This document shows, in pieces, positions 1-8,863 of a DNA stretch of 24,387 nucleotides. The translations under genes and the position numbers were made by a program. Numbering within the stretch: the first letter of the stretch is position 1; every line of letters starts with the position of its first letter. The notes beneath the pieces are model-generated. The model made no database searches. It worked only from the letters and a program-made list of their open reading frames with translations, and had not been told where the DNA came from. The DNA comes from Bacteriovoracaceae bacterium (lineage in GTDB: Bacteria > Bdellovibrionota > Bacteriovoracia > Bacteriovoracales > Bacteriovoracaceae), in assembly GCA_041586955.1 (NCBI GenBank), contig JBFGZE010000046.1:1-24387 (forward strand), given 5' to 3'.

Positions 1-113
1 CGCTTACAGCGATATCTTTGAATTCTCTTCGCATCACAATTGCGCTTAAAAAACCCATCTTTAATAATGGAGTTTGAGTTTTTACATGATTTTTTCGGGC
101 AGCATAGATTCAT
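1..113 (-). mobile_element. 5' part of an IS1/IS1595-like transposase ORF (N-terminal Zn ribbon), truncated by the window edge
   Basis: Manual translation from ATG at 113: MNLCCPKKSCKNSNSIIKDGFFKRNCDAKRIQRYRCK..., matching the CP-x-C...IKxG...QRYxCK pattern of InsA/IS1595-type Zn ribbons. No stop before the edge. Catalytic domain and termini are not visible. Confidence 0.6.
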
Positions 114-390
114 ACTAAGCTACGAGCAATGCTTCCCCTGGTTCGTTATGTATAAGTATCCAAAAACATAAAACATTGGAGAGAGAGGTAAATTATTTAT
201 CCAGTTTCAACACCATTTATATGGACCAGTTGTCAATACATTAGACACTAAGAAGGGCTTTTGGTCGATTTCCCGAATTTGATAATAAAATCAGGTTACT
301 ACACTTATAAATTCCTGGTGGATTTCTCAAGCAGTGTATATTTATTGGTCAAATTTTTCTTTTTAACTATTAAACAGTACGTAAGGATTT

Positions 391-406
391 TGGCATTGTT
401 CTTGTA
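391..406 (+). promoter_or_regulatory. possible sigma54 (-24/-12) promoter for the subtilisin gene
   Basis: TGGCAT-N5-TTGTA versus consensus TGGCAC-N5-TTGCW; the -12 C is replaced by T; ends 38 nt before the ATG. Confidence 0.3.
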
Positions 407-444
407 TTCAACCAGACTAAACAAAAAACAACTAGGAGTATGTT

Positions 445-1554
445 ATGTTTAAGAATACATTAATCATTTTATTATTTGCCTTTTCCACTACGAACGTCTT
501 TGCTAGCAATAAACGCTATATAATTAAAGGCCTAAAGGGAAAAAAAGGAGAGGCCGCTGTCAACGCAGCAGGTGGAAACTCTAGTCGCTCGCTAAAGTAT
601 CATGACGCTATTGTTGCCAACTTAAGTGATAATGCGGCATCTAGACTTAAAGCTAAATTCCCATGGGTAACATTTGAAAAGGATGCGACCGTTACTATTC
701 ACAAAAGGCCATCAAGTCCTGGAAAAGGTGGTAAAAAAGTACGAAAATCTCAAGAAGTTCCAATGGGGATTATCCAAGTTAAAGCTGACCAGGCCCATGA
801 TTATAATCGTGGTAGTGGTGTTGTCGTTTGTGTTGTGGACACGGGAATTGATAAAAACCATCCAGATCTTATGGACAACATCATTGGTGGAGAAAACTTT
901 ATAGTCAAAAAAGGAAGGATACTCTCATCAAATTGGGATGATGATAACAACCATGGCACACACGTTTCAGGCACTATTGCAGCTATTGATAATAACGAAG
1001 GCGTTATCGGTGTCGCACCAGAAGCTTCACTCTTTGCTGTTAAAGTTCTAGATAGAAATGGCTCTGGATATACTTCAGCTGTTGCTGATGGTGTACGATC
1101 ATGTATCGCAAATAACACTCAGATTATTTCAATGTCCTTAGGGACCTCGCAACCATCAATTTTAATTCACGACGCGATTAAAGACGCAGTCGCGACGGGA
1201 ATTATTGTTATCGCTGCTGCAGGAAATACAGGCGGTTCAGTTATTTATCCTGCTGCACATCCTGAGGTCATCGCCGTTTCAGCTATTGATAACGATAATA
1301 ATTTAGCATCCTTTTCAAGTCGTGGACCTGAAATCGCATTCACAGCTCCAGGAGTTTCAGTTAAGTCGACAATAAAAGGTGGTGGATACGATACCTTCAA
1401 TGGAACATCCATGGCCACACCTCATGTTACAGGAGTCTTTGCTCTCCATTTGTCAGCACTATCTTTTGGTGTCCAAGCAGACAGTATAGGCCTTCCATAT
1501 AACTATGAAGGTGCCGGATTAGTAAATGCACTAAGAACTGTAACTGAATTTTAA
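445..1554 (+). CDS. secreted S8 family (subtilisin-like) serine peptidase with propeptide
   Basis: Signal peptide (MFKNTLIILLFAFSTTNVFA), I9-like propeptide, catalytic motifs VVDTG, HGTHVSG and GTSMATPHV, oxyanion AAAGN; SD AGGAG upstream. Confidence 0.95.
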   Translation: MFKNTLIILLFAFSTTNVFASNKRYIIKGLKGKKGEAAVNAAGGNSSRSLKYHDAIVANLSDNAASRLKAKFPWVTFEKDATVTIHKRPSSPGKGGKKVRKSQEVPMGIIQVKADQAHDYNRGSGVVVCVVDTGIDKNHPDLMDNIIGGENFIVKKGRILSSNWDDDNNHGTHVSGTIAAIDNNEGVIGVAPEASLFAVKVLDRNGSGYTSAVADGVRSCIANNTQIISMSLGTSQPSILIHDAIKDAVATGIIVIAAAGNTGGSVIYPAAHPEVIAVSAIDNDNNLASFSSRGPEIAFTAPGVSVKSTIKGGGYDTFNGTSMATPHVTGVFALHLSALSFGVQADSIGLPYNYEGAGLVNALRTVTEF

Positions 1555-1572
1555 TTTCAAAAAACAATAAAA

Positions 1573-1610
1573 TAAAAAAGTGTCTACTTTTAAAGTAGGC
1601 ATTTTTATTT
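1573..1610. terminator. bidirectional intrinsic terminator
   Basis: Stem TGTCTACT/AGTAGGCA (one G-U pair) flanked by an A-run and a T-run, between convergent genes. Confidence 0.75.
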
Positions 1611-1741
1611 ATTAATAAATCTTTTACTTATTGTGACCCTATACTAAAAAAAGGCAACATATCGGGTTTGGTGACTGAGTCCTATCTCAAGATTTAGAAT
1701 TCACCTTTTCAAACCGATCCCAACTTCTCGTGGCCTTGATT

Positions 1742-2454
1742 TTATTGACAGGTTTCCGTAAAAAAAGTTCCGGTGGCGGGAGAACCACCCTGATTACAGG
1801 TGACAACTAGGCCGGCATTTTTATTTAAAAAGGCATCACTAAACATCCAGCTAATATCGGTGACATTGGCGGTATCAAAGCTGGCGAGATCTAGGGTGGT
1901 TAAGCTTGAGACATCATAAAAAATATAGCTCATATTGGTGACATTTGCGGTATTGCCACCAGCAAACAAGGTCATGTTTGAACATCCATAAAAAGCTTTC
2001 TCAAGATTGATCCAACCCACATACCCAAGATTTGCAACCGAGATAATTTTATCTTTATCGCCAGCATTATTAAAATACCACGCCTCAACTATTCCTTTGA
2101 TCGTAACAGTATAATCCCCGGAGGTGACATAGGTATGAGTAATATCGGGATCGCTGTCCGAGGTAATAACGCTATCAGCGGATCCATCCCCCCCCAATCG
2201 ACTGTGAAATTATAATTAAACCCGCTACGCAGAGGTAGGGTAATGGTTTCGGAGGGGGCAGTAGTACGCCAAACGGAGACAAACGGGGCAGGTCCTTGCG
2301 CTTGTTCGTTGGACTTTTTATTGAACTTTTCTATGCTAATTTCTAATACAGGCTTGCTACAAGAATAGAGCAATGAAGTTAATAAAAATGTGAGAAAAAT
2401 GTAATTATTTTTCAAGTATAGATATCCCTGCTTAGCTAAATATAACCTATGCAT
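1742..2454 (-). pseudogene. BspA/DUF285-type leucine-rich-repeat surface lipoprotein, frameshifted at a G8 tract
   Basis: ORFs 2089-2454 and 1742-2197 join into one protein: lipobox LLYSC, FVSVWRT...ITLPL...NFTVDWG|DGS...THTY...GDYTVTIKG, then repeats NTANVTNMSYIF / DTANVTDISWMF. The frame breaks exactly in the G run. Confidence 0.8.
2188..2195 (-). repeat. G8 homopolymer at the frameshift site
   Basis: C8 on the + strand; G6 gives W-G-D and G9 gives W-G-G-D in frame, while G8 is out of frame. Confidence 0.9.
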
Positions 2455-2512
2455 ACAAGTCTATTATCGAAATTTTTCGTTTGATATCTGAGACTTTGTG
2501 GCGTCTAAACTC

Positions 2513-2541
2513 TTTACTCAGTAATTTCATAGAATTAGAAT
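2513..2541 (+). promoter_or_regulatory. sigma70-like promoter
   Basis: TTTACT-N17-TAGAAT; lies about 450 nt upstream of the next annotated + strand gene. Confidence 0.4.
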
Positions 2542-2996
2542 GACTTTACTAAGGGTCCCGGGTGATTAAATACTAGAACAAATTCAGACATTGCCAATCT
2601 AAGTGGGCATTAATTAAAGGAGCTGGCCAACTTTTAAATGGCCATAGACTTGGTGAGGCGTGTGAATTCACTCTATTATTTTTATTACCGCCAATTTTAT
2701 TAAAATTAATGTGAAGGCACCCTTCGTTTTGAACAATATATTCGGCCATTAATTTATTTATTTTGAATAATAAAAAACTCAGTCATAATAATCTCTATTA
2801 CCAAGTTATTTTTAAGGGATGAATTATTGTAGTGAATGATTATTTGATGTTTCACTTGTCCTATTTTTAAAAAAGATTATCTGGCACAAACTACAACCAG
2901 CTAGAATTACATTATATAAACTCTACTCCACTCCATAGGGGCCATCTTTTTTTCAAATTGAATTGCAATGCGTCACAATTGAGAATATAACTCCTT

Positions 2997-3923
2997 ATGG
3001 GAAAAATACTATTGATAATAATGAGTTTCTTTGTGGCCATAGGCCATCTCAATGCTTTCTTTCCTAGCGCTTCACCCGAGGCCATTTACCGAAACGATGA
3101 CCGTCAGGACCTCAACCAATCGCCAAGTATTTTTCGCCATTTGGGTAAATCCGTCGCCGTTAAAATGCGCTCGGTTCGCCTCGTAGAAAAAGACCCCTCT
3201 CATTATTATATCAACCCCAACCTGACGCTCGAGCGACGAGGACGAATTTGTCACGATCAACGATTCGCCCAACAACCTGCGATGGGCGAATGTACGGCCT
3301 TTCTTGTCGGGCCTCATCATTTGGTAACAGCTGGTCATTGCATGGAAATGGAAAGTGATTGCGACCAATATAGATGGGTTTTTGATTATAATGCTGGTGA
3401 TGAAGCGATAAATAAAAAAAATGTTTATCAATGCCAACGCATTTATAAAACTATTAATGAAGAGGACTCAGAAAAAGATTATGCCTTGATTATTCTCAAG
3501 CGCGATGTCACAAATAGGGCCCCATTAAGACGGCGTAAAAGTAAAACTTTTCGTGTAAAAAAACGTACCCCCGTATTTGCCATTGGGTCTCCTATGGGTG
3601 TTCCCTTAAAATTATTTACTAACGGCCGTGCTTATCATACTTATGGTGACCATTTTAAAACGAACCTTGATACTTTCGCTGGGAATAGTGGGAGTCCAGT
3701 ATTCAACGCCCGCACCTTAAAAGTAGAAGGTCTTTTAACCTTTGGTGCAGATGATCATGTCTGGAATAGTGATCGTAATTGCTATGAAGATGCCAAGGCC
3801 TCTGGCCATCAAGAGGTGGTTTATAAAATAAATCATATCAAAGAAATGAAATCATTTCTAAAAGCGAAAATTAACCCCACGGGCAAATATAGTTTCGGGC
3901 GTGGAGATGGGCATAGACCATAG
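2997..3923 (+). CDS. secreted trypsin-like (S1/PA clan) serine protease
   Basis: Signal peptide; catalytic motifs TAGHC, KDYAL and DTFAGNSGSPV. Confidence 0.9.
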   Translation: MGKILLIIMSFFVAIGHLNAFFPSASPEAIYRNDDRQDLNQSPSIFRHLGKSVAVKMRSVRLVEKDPSHYYINPNLTLERRGRICHDQRFAQQPAMGECTAFLVGPHHLVTAGHCMEMESDCDQYRWVFDYNAGDEAINKKNVYQCQRIYKTINEEDSEKDYALIILKRDVTNRAPLRRRKSKTFRVKKRTPVFAIGSPMGVPLKLFTNGRAYHTYGDHFKTNLDTFAGNSGSPVFNARTLKVEGLLTFGADDHVWNSDRNCYEDAKASGHQEVVYKINHIKEMKSFLKAKINPTGKYSFGRGDGHRP

Positions 3924-4485
3924 TATCCAATTGCTCACGATGGCCAACACCATCAAAATTATCTTCTAAAATATCCAATGCATGGGAGATGGCCTCAAAC
4001 GTACAAAGCCCATTTTCCCTTGAATTCCGGCGCAAATGATAACGACTTTGCCAAACGCCAGAAAATTGCACACATTGTATCCCCTCAAGCGCTTCTTCCC
4101 TATTAATCATACGCCGTGCCTGACGCCAAGTACCATCAGGAACCACCAAGGCAAAAGGTTCTGGTGACTTTTGTTTTTCAGTCTGTAACCATTCCTTAGT
4201 TAAGGTAATAGCATCAGCGTGAGGAAAGAGATAAAGAGGACGATGGCCAGGAGGCAATATAATAGGCCTCGGGTTCCATCCGCCACGCGTTTGTATTTCG
4301 ACATTGTCCAAGGTCATATTAGCGAGATGAGCGGTATTAGAGGTTAAAAAGGCCTCTCTATGGTGCCTTAAAATGAGAAGAGGTGTTTGATTAGAAAAAA
4401 CTTTTATTTTAGCGCAAAAACAATAATTCTCATTCACCCAGCATTGCGGGCAGCGCTTAGAAACTTTAACTCGACGTTTACTCAT
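3871..4485 (-). CDS. DTW-domain protein, tRNA-uridine aminocarboxypropyltransferase (TapT/YfiP-like)
   Basis: N-terminal RCxxC...CFC, HxxE...SNTA, LFP, PDGTWRQA, LCTFEA motifs. Confidence 0.9.
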   Translation of the reverse strand: MSKRRVKVSKRCPQCWVNENYCFCAKIKVFSNQTPLLILRHHREAFLTSNTAHLANMTLDNVEIQTRGGWNPRPIILPPGHRPLYLFPHADAITLTKEWLQTEKQKSPEPFALVVPDGTWRQARRMINREEALEGIQCVQFSGVWQSRYHLRRNSRENGLCTFEAISHALDILEDNFDGVGHREQLDTMVYAHLHARNYICPWG

Positions 4486-4652
4486 CAGGCCTTCAAGATG
4501 ATTGGTAATATGAGCAGGTTATGACACGAATAGCTTTATAGGTAAAGAGCTCAAGTCCACTTTTAACGCCGGACACCATGGATAACCTAAAGAAAGACCT
4601 AGGCAAATCTAGGCGCTTTGCCCTAATATTTCCTTATCGAGGAGATTATTGA

Positions 4653-6320
4653 ATGAATTCGGCAGTTTTAGCAGTAGTCGGGCTGGCCCTCTTTATGGTG
4701 GCCTACCGCTTTTATGGGACCTATTTGGCCCGCAAAATTTTTGCTCTCCATCGTCTCGACGCCAACTCTGCGGCGACACCGGCACAAGAATTAGAAGATG
4801 GGGTCGACTATACCCCCTCGAAAAAACATGTTCTCCTCGGGCATCATTTCAGCTCCATTGCTGGTGCTGCTCCCATCGTAGGCCCGGCCGTCGCTGCGAT
4901 CTGGGGCTGGCTCCCCGCTTTTTTATGGGTCATCTTTGGTGTTATCTTCATGGGTGCCTGTCACGATTTTGGCGCCTTAGTTTTATCCATGAAATTTAAA
5001 GGTCAATCCATGGCCTCAGTTGGCGAAAAAATCCTAGGAAAAAGGGTACGTAACCTTTTTCTCCTTGTTATCTTTTTTCTCGTATGGATGGTGATCGCCG
5101 TCTTTGCGTTAGTCATTGCTAACCTTTTTATCCAATTCCCCTCCGCGGTCATCCCAGTTAATTTCGAAATTTTGATTGCGCTAGCAATGGGTTATTTTAT
5201 CAATAAAAAGAAAGGAAGCCTCACGATCCCCAGTCTTTTTGCACAGGCCATGCTTTTGGTCATGATTTGGCTAGGCACAAGGTATCCCATTTCACTCGCC
5301 CCATTTTTTGGAGAATATGAATTAATCGGCTGGGTCACTTTTCTCATGATCTACTCCTATATTGCCTCAGTCTTACCGGTGTGGATTCTTTTACAACCAC
5401 GAGATTATATAAATTCTCATCAATTATTTTTAGGCCTAGGCCTTATGATATTAGGCCTTATCATTACCCATCCTCCAATGGTCGCACCTGCGATCAACTT
5501 AGAACCCGTAGGTGCGCCTCCGATTTTCCCCTATCTTTTTATCACTATTGCCTGTGGTGCCATTTCCGGTTTCCATGGATTAGTCGCTGGCGGTACAACC
5601 AGCAAACAAGTGTCGAAATGGCGAGACGCTAAACCCATTGCCTACGGGGGAATGCTAGGAGAAGGTCTTTTAGCGTTATTAGCAACTCTGGCCGTCACCG
5701 CCGGCTTTCAATCATCAACCGCATGGCACTCTCATTATGCTAATTGGAATCATGCCAATGGGCTTAGCGCAAAAATTTCGGCCTTTGTGGTGGGCTCATC
5801 TCATTTTATTGGTGGCCTTGGCATTCCGGAAGAAATTTCGCAAACTATTATTGCTGTTTTGATTATATCCTTTGCCGCAACAACCTTAGATACCGCTTGT
5901 CGGATCCAACGCTATATCATTGGTGAATTTGGAGAAACCCTCAAAGTCCCCCAATTAAATAATCGTTATACCTCTGGTGCAATTGCAGTTGGCTCTGCTT
6001 TTATTCTTATGCTTACCCAAGAAGGGGGCAAAGGCGGACTCTACCTTTGGCCATTGTTTGGCGCCACCAATCAAATGCTTGCAGGGCTTACATTGATCCT
6101 TATTAGTGTGTACCTCATCAGAAATCGCAAAAATGCATATCCCTACCTCATCCCCGCAGTATTTCTGTTAATAATTACAGCGGTCGGACTCATTTTAAAT
6201 ATTTCTCTTTTTGCCAACTCACAAAATTGGTTTCTCGTTTCTTTAGGGGCCATTCTTTTTATCGTCCAATTTTGGATCATCACAGAGGCGATTTTGGTGA
6301 TTTCTAAGCGAAAAACATAA
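4653..6320 (+). CDS. cstA: carbon starvation protein A family transporter (peptide/pyruvate)
   Basis: TPA...DGVDY, GHHFSSIAGAAPIVGP, LPVWILLQPRDY, FITIACGAISGFHGL, TTSKQ, YGGMLGEG, LWPLFGATNQ motifs; many TM helices; SD GAGGAG. Confidence 0.93.
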   Translation: MNSAVLAVVGLALFMVAYRFYGTYLARKIFALHRLDANSAATPAQELEDGVDYTPSKKHVLLGHHFSSIAGAAPIVGPAVAAIWGWLPAFLWVIFGVIFMGACHDFGALVLSMKFKGQSMASVGEKILGKRVRNLFLLVIFFLVWMVIAVFALVIANLFIQFPSAVIPVNFEILIALAMGYFINKKKGSLTIPSLFAQAMLLVMIWLGTRYPISLAPFFGEYELIGWVTFLMIYSYIASVLPVWILLQPRDYINSHQLFLGLGLMILGLIITHPPMVAPAINLEPVGAPPIFPYLFITIACGAISGFHGLVAGGTTSKQVSKWRDAKPIAYGGMLGEGLLALLATLAVTAGFQSSTAWHSHYANWNHANGLSAKISAFVVGSSHFIGGLGIPEEISQTIIAVLIISFAATTLDTACRIQRYIIGEFGETLKVPQLNNRYTSGAIAVGSAFILMLTQEGGKGGLYLWPLFGATNQMLAGLTLILISVYLIRNRKNAYPYLIPAVFLLIITAVGLILNISLFANSQNWFLVSLGAILFIVQFWIITEAILVISKRKT

Positions 6321-6321
6321 T

Positions 6322-6345
6322 ATGCCTCTAATTTGAGGCATTTTT
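6322..6345 (+). terminator. intrinsic terminator after cstA
   Basis: ATGCCTC-N6-GAGGCAT stem followed by TTTT. Confidence 0.75.
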
Positions 6346-6441
6346 CAGGGTTTTCTCAAAAAGCTCGGCACTCCTAATCCAAGACCTTAAACCGCCTTTT
6401 TTACTCAAGATATGCTACTTTTGTCACCCTAAAAAAAATTT

Positions 6442-6469
6442 TAAAATAAATCTCAATAGATACCGATAT
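6442..6469 (+). promoter_or_regulatory. sigma28 (FliA)-like promoter
   Basis: TAAA-N16-ACCGATAT versus consensus TAAA-N15/16-GCCGATA(A/T); overlaps a TATAAT at 6467-6472. Confidence 0.4.
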
Positions 6470-6568
6470 AATAGGTATGCAGACCAATATTTTATCCACA
6501 TTTATTCTTTCAAGTTGCACGTACGTCAAAGGCATAAAACCTAAGAAAAATGCGGAAGTGAGAACTCA

Positions 6569-7477
6569 ATGAAAGTTTTGGCCAGCCTCACCTTTTTGGC
6601 CTTTATCGTAGGATTGGCCATTCGATTTTCTGATAACTCCAGCTTATATGACTATAAGCCAATGGTAGTGAATGACCAAAATGTAGAATCTATTAAGGAG
6701 AGTTCTGGAGAAGAAAGAAAGACGGCTTCTCTTTTTGATCAAAGGCCAGAACAAATTAGAAAACAATTAAATGATCTTAGCGCAGTTTACCCAACAAAAA
6801 CAGAGAGCAAAGAGGAGTTACTCGCAAAGTCTCTAGCATTAGAACTAGAGAGAAGTGAAACAAGCTTTAAAGAGGAACTAATGAGTTCCTCAAATAATTT
6901 AAGTGAAATGGAAGCTATCCAAGGGGCCATTCGCAGGTTAAAAATGGATATGAATCAAGAACTGACTTTAATCAATAATTGGGATGTTCGTTTCATTCTA
7001 ACTCTCATTTATCGAGAAGATTTTAGCTTTGAAGAGATTTACCATGCTCAAGTCCCCAGTGACTTAGGCTTTTCCAATGAGGAAATAGATATATATTATA
7101 GTAAAATGACATCTCCGGCCCTGGAGGAGTATATTTTAGCGCTAAAATCGCGCGATTATGACCGTATTAATGAAGTCGAGAAATATATGGAAATTCCTGC
7201 CTCTCTCGCTCAGCAAGGTCAATCACCAAAAGAAAAAGAACTCATCAAAAAAGGTATGAATCAAATGAACAGTTGGGATGGCGGCCGGGGGGTCTCTTCT
7301 CACAATTCGAATGGTGGTTATCAGGGACAAACTGAAGACGAGTATCGTCAGCTCCAAGAAAGAGAATTAAATGATTTTAAAAACATTTCAGTAGAAGAGC
7401 TAGAAAGCCGTCTGGCAAAAATGAATTATAGCCAAGAGGAAATCGACCAAATTTTTGAATCTCTTGATCAAGAATAA
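6569..7477 (+). CDS. hypothetical membrane-anchored/exported acidic helical protein
   Basis: 302-aa ORF with an N-terminal hydrophobic segment and an E/Q/S-rich body; no motif recognised. Confidence 0.75.
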   Translation: MKVLASLTFLAFIVGLAIRFSDNSSLYDYKPMVVNDQNVESIKESSGEERKTASLFDQRPEQIRKQLNDLSAVYPTKTESKEELLAKSLALELERSETSFKEELMSSSNNLSEMEAIQGAIRRLKMDMNQELTLINNWDVRFILTLIYREDFSFEEIYHAQVPSDLGFSNEEIDIYYSKMTSPALEEYILALKSRDYDRINEVEKYMEIPASLAQQGQSPKEKELIKKGMNQMNSWDGGRGVSSHNSNGGYQGQTEDEYRQLQERELNDFKNISVEELESRLAKMNYSQEEIDQIFESLDQE

Positions 7478-7532
7478 TTAACAAAAAATAGGGTGATATA
7501 TGAGAAAGATTAATAAAGAGGAGAGGTCGCCC

Positions 7533-8108
7533 ATGAGTGCGAAAGAAACGAATGATCACACTGATGAGTTAAATCGGTTAAAGAAAAAACAAGGGACATT
7601 CCTAAATGTCATCTTCCGTGGCCGTATCCTACTCATTAACCCGGAATTTCAATTAAAGTTTATCGGTTTATCTATCGTCATTCTTTTATTGTCTCTCTCT
7701 ATATTTTTCTTGGCCAACGAGGTCTTCTTCCATAACTTCATCACAAAAGGCCAGGCCCTCAATTTACCGGCAAATCATCCATTTTATCTATTATTACAAG
7801 AGCAGAAATCTTATATGGGCAAGGTTTTTATTGTTGCCTCTATTCTTTTAGGCCTTTCTTTTTCAATTGTGGGACTAGTCTTTTCCCACAGGATTGCTGG
7901 TCCCCTCTATCGCTTAACTCGTTATTTTCAAAATGCAGCGCGCTCAAAAGATTTATACCCAACACATTTACATTTTAGAGAAAAAGATTTCTTTCAAGAA
8001 ATACCTCAGGCCGTTAATGAGTTTCTAGATTGTAAAAATAAATCGCAAGATAAGATAACTTCTATCGATGACAAAAATATTCACCGAGACGTCGGAGGCC
8101 TGCAATGA
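7533..8108 (+). CDS. two-TM membrane protein with HAMP-like segment and no output domain
   Basis: Two TM helices, then SHRIAGPLYRL...FRExD.F.E...AVN. Start moved from 7500 to 7533 because SD GAGGAGAGG lies 6 nt upstream. Confidence 0.75.
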   Translation: MSAKETNDHTDELNRLKKKQGTFLNVIFRGRILLINPEFQLKFIGLSIVILLLSLSIFFLANEVFFHNFITKGQALNLPANHPFYLLLQEQKSYMGKVFIVASILLGLSFSIVGLVFSHRIAGPLYRLTRYFQNAARSKDLYPTHLHFREKDFFQEIPQAVNEFLDCKNKSQDKITSIDDKNIHRDVGGLQ

Positions 8109-8863
8109 AAAAGAAACCCCTCTTATTCATTACAATTGCAACTTTACATTTTATTGAACCATTAATTAAAATCCTTTATTTCAAGGCGACGACCCCTTTT
8201 TCCTACACCACTATTTTAAGTAATATATTCTCCATAAGTGGGCCCAAGGAATTATTTGAATTCTGGCTTCTATTTCCCATCGGTGGCCTTGCGCTTATGG
8301 GGGTTAAGAAGTGGAGTTATCCGGTTTTTGTTGGTGTCCAAGTTTATTCCATCTATAGCCATTTAACTTATCAAAGTTTCAATTGGCCCTACGTCAGCCA
8401 AATTCCCTTTTTATCTTCACTGGCCCTACTAGTGATTAACATATTGATCATCGGTTATTTTCTTCTCCCTAGTGTTCGTGAACCATTCTTTAACAAGGGA
8501 ATGCGTTGGTGGGAAACAAAGACACGTTTTCACTGTCATATCCCCTGTCTTGCCACCCTATTTTCCCAGCGTACGGCCGAGTGTGAAATACTCAATATTT
8601 CAGAAACAGGTGCATTTCTCAATGTGAGAGATTTTGTTGAAATTGGGTCAATGATTCAACTTGATTTTAAATATAACGAACATATCATTAAAATTGATGC
8701 CCATATTGCCTCCCACCATAGTTTTAACCATGAAAAAGGTTTAGGGGTACGTTTTAAATTTAATAATATATGGGAGCACCTTGCTGTTCGCAGAATGATT
8801 AAGGCCATTGCCAAAGATATCAAAAATGAAAGCTCGGATATGGGCCACGCCCATTCCGCTTAA
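8105..8863 (+). CDS. multi-TM protein with C-terminal PilZ domain
   Basis: About 4 TM helices, then RWWETKTRF, NISETGA (D/NxSxxG) and GLGVRF; ATGA overlap with the upstream gene. Confidence 0.85.
   Translation: MKKKPLLFITIATLHFIEPLIKILYFKATTPFSYTTILSNIFSISGPKELFEFWLLFPIGGLALMGVKKWSYPVFVGVQVYSIYSHLTYQSFNWPYVSQIPFLSSLALLVINILIIGYFLLPSVREPFFNKGMRWWETKTRFHCHIPCLATLFSQRTAECEILNISETGAFLNVRDFVEIGSMIQLDFKYNEHIIKIDAHIASHHSFNHEKGLGVRFKFNNIWEHLAVRRMIKAIAKDIKNESSDMGHAHSA

Noticed and set aside
261..452. 63-aa ORF upstream of the subtilisin gene
   Set aside because: TTG start without SD, AT-rich low-information sequence, and it covers the promoter/RBS of the real gene.
1742..2197. Diversity-generating retroelement target in the LRR lipoprotein
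   Set aside because: No template repeat or reverse transcriptase seen in the window.
4586..4626. CCTAAAG/CCTAGGC/TCTAGGC/CCTAA short direct repeats upstream of cstA as a LytTR-type operator
   Set aside because: Too short and irregularly spaced to support a call.
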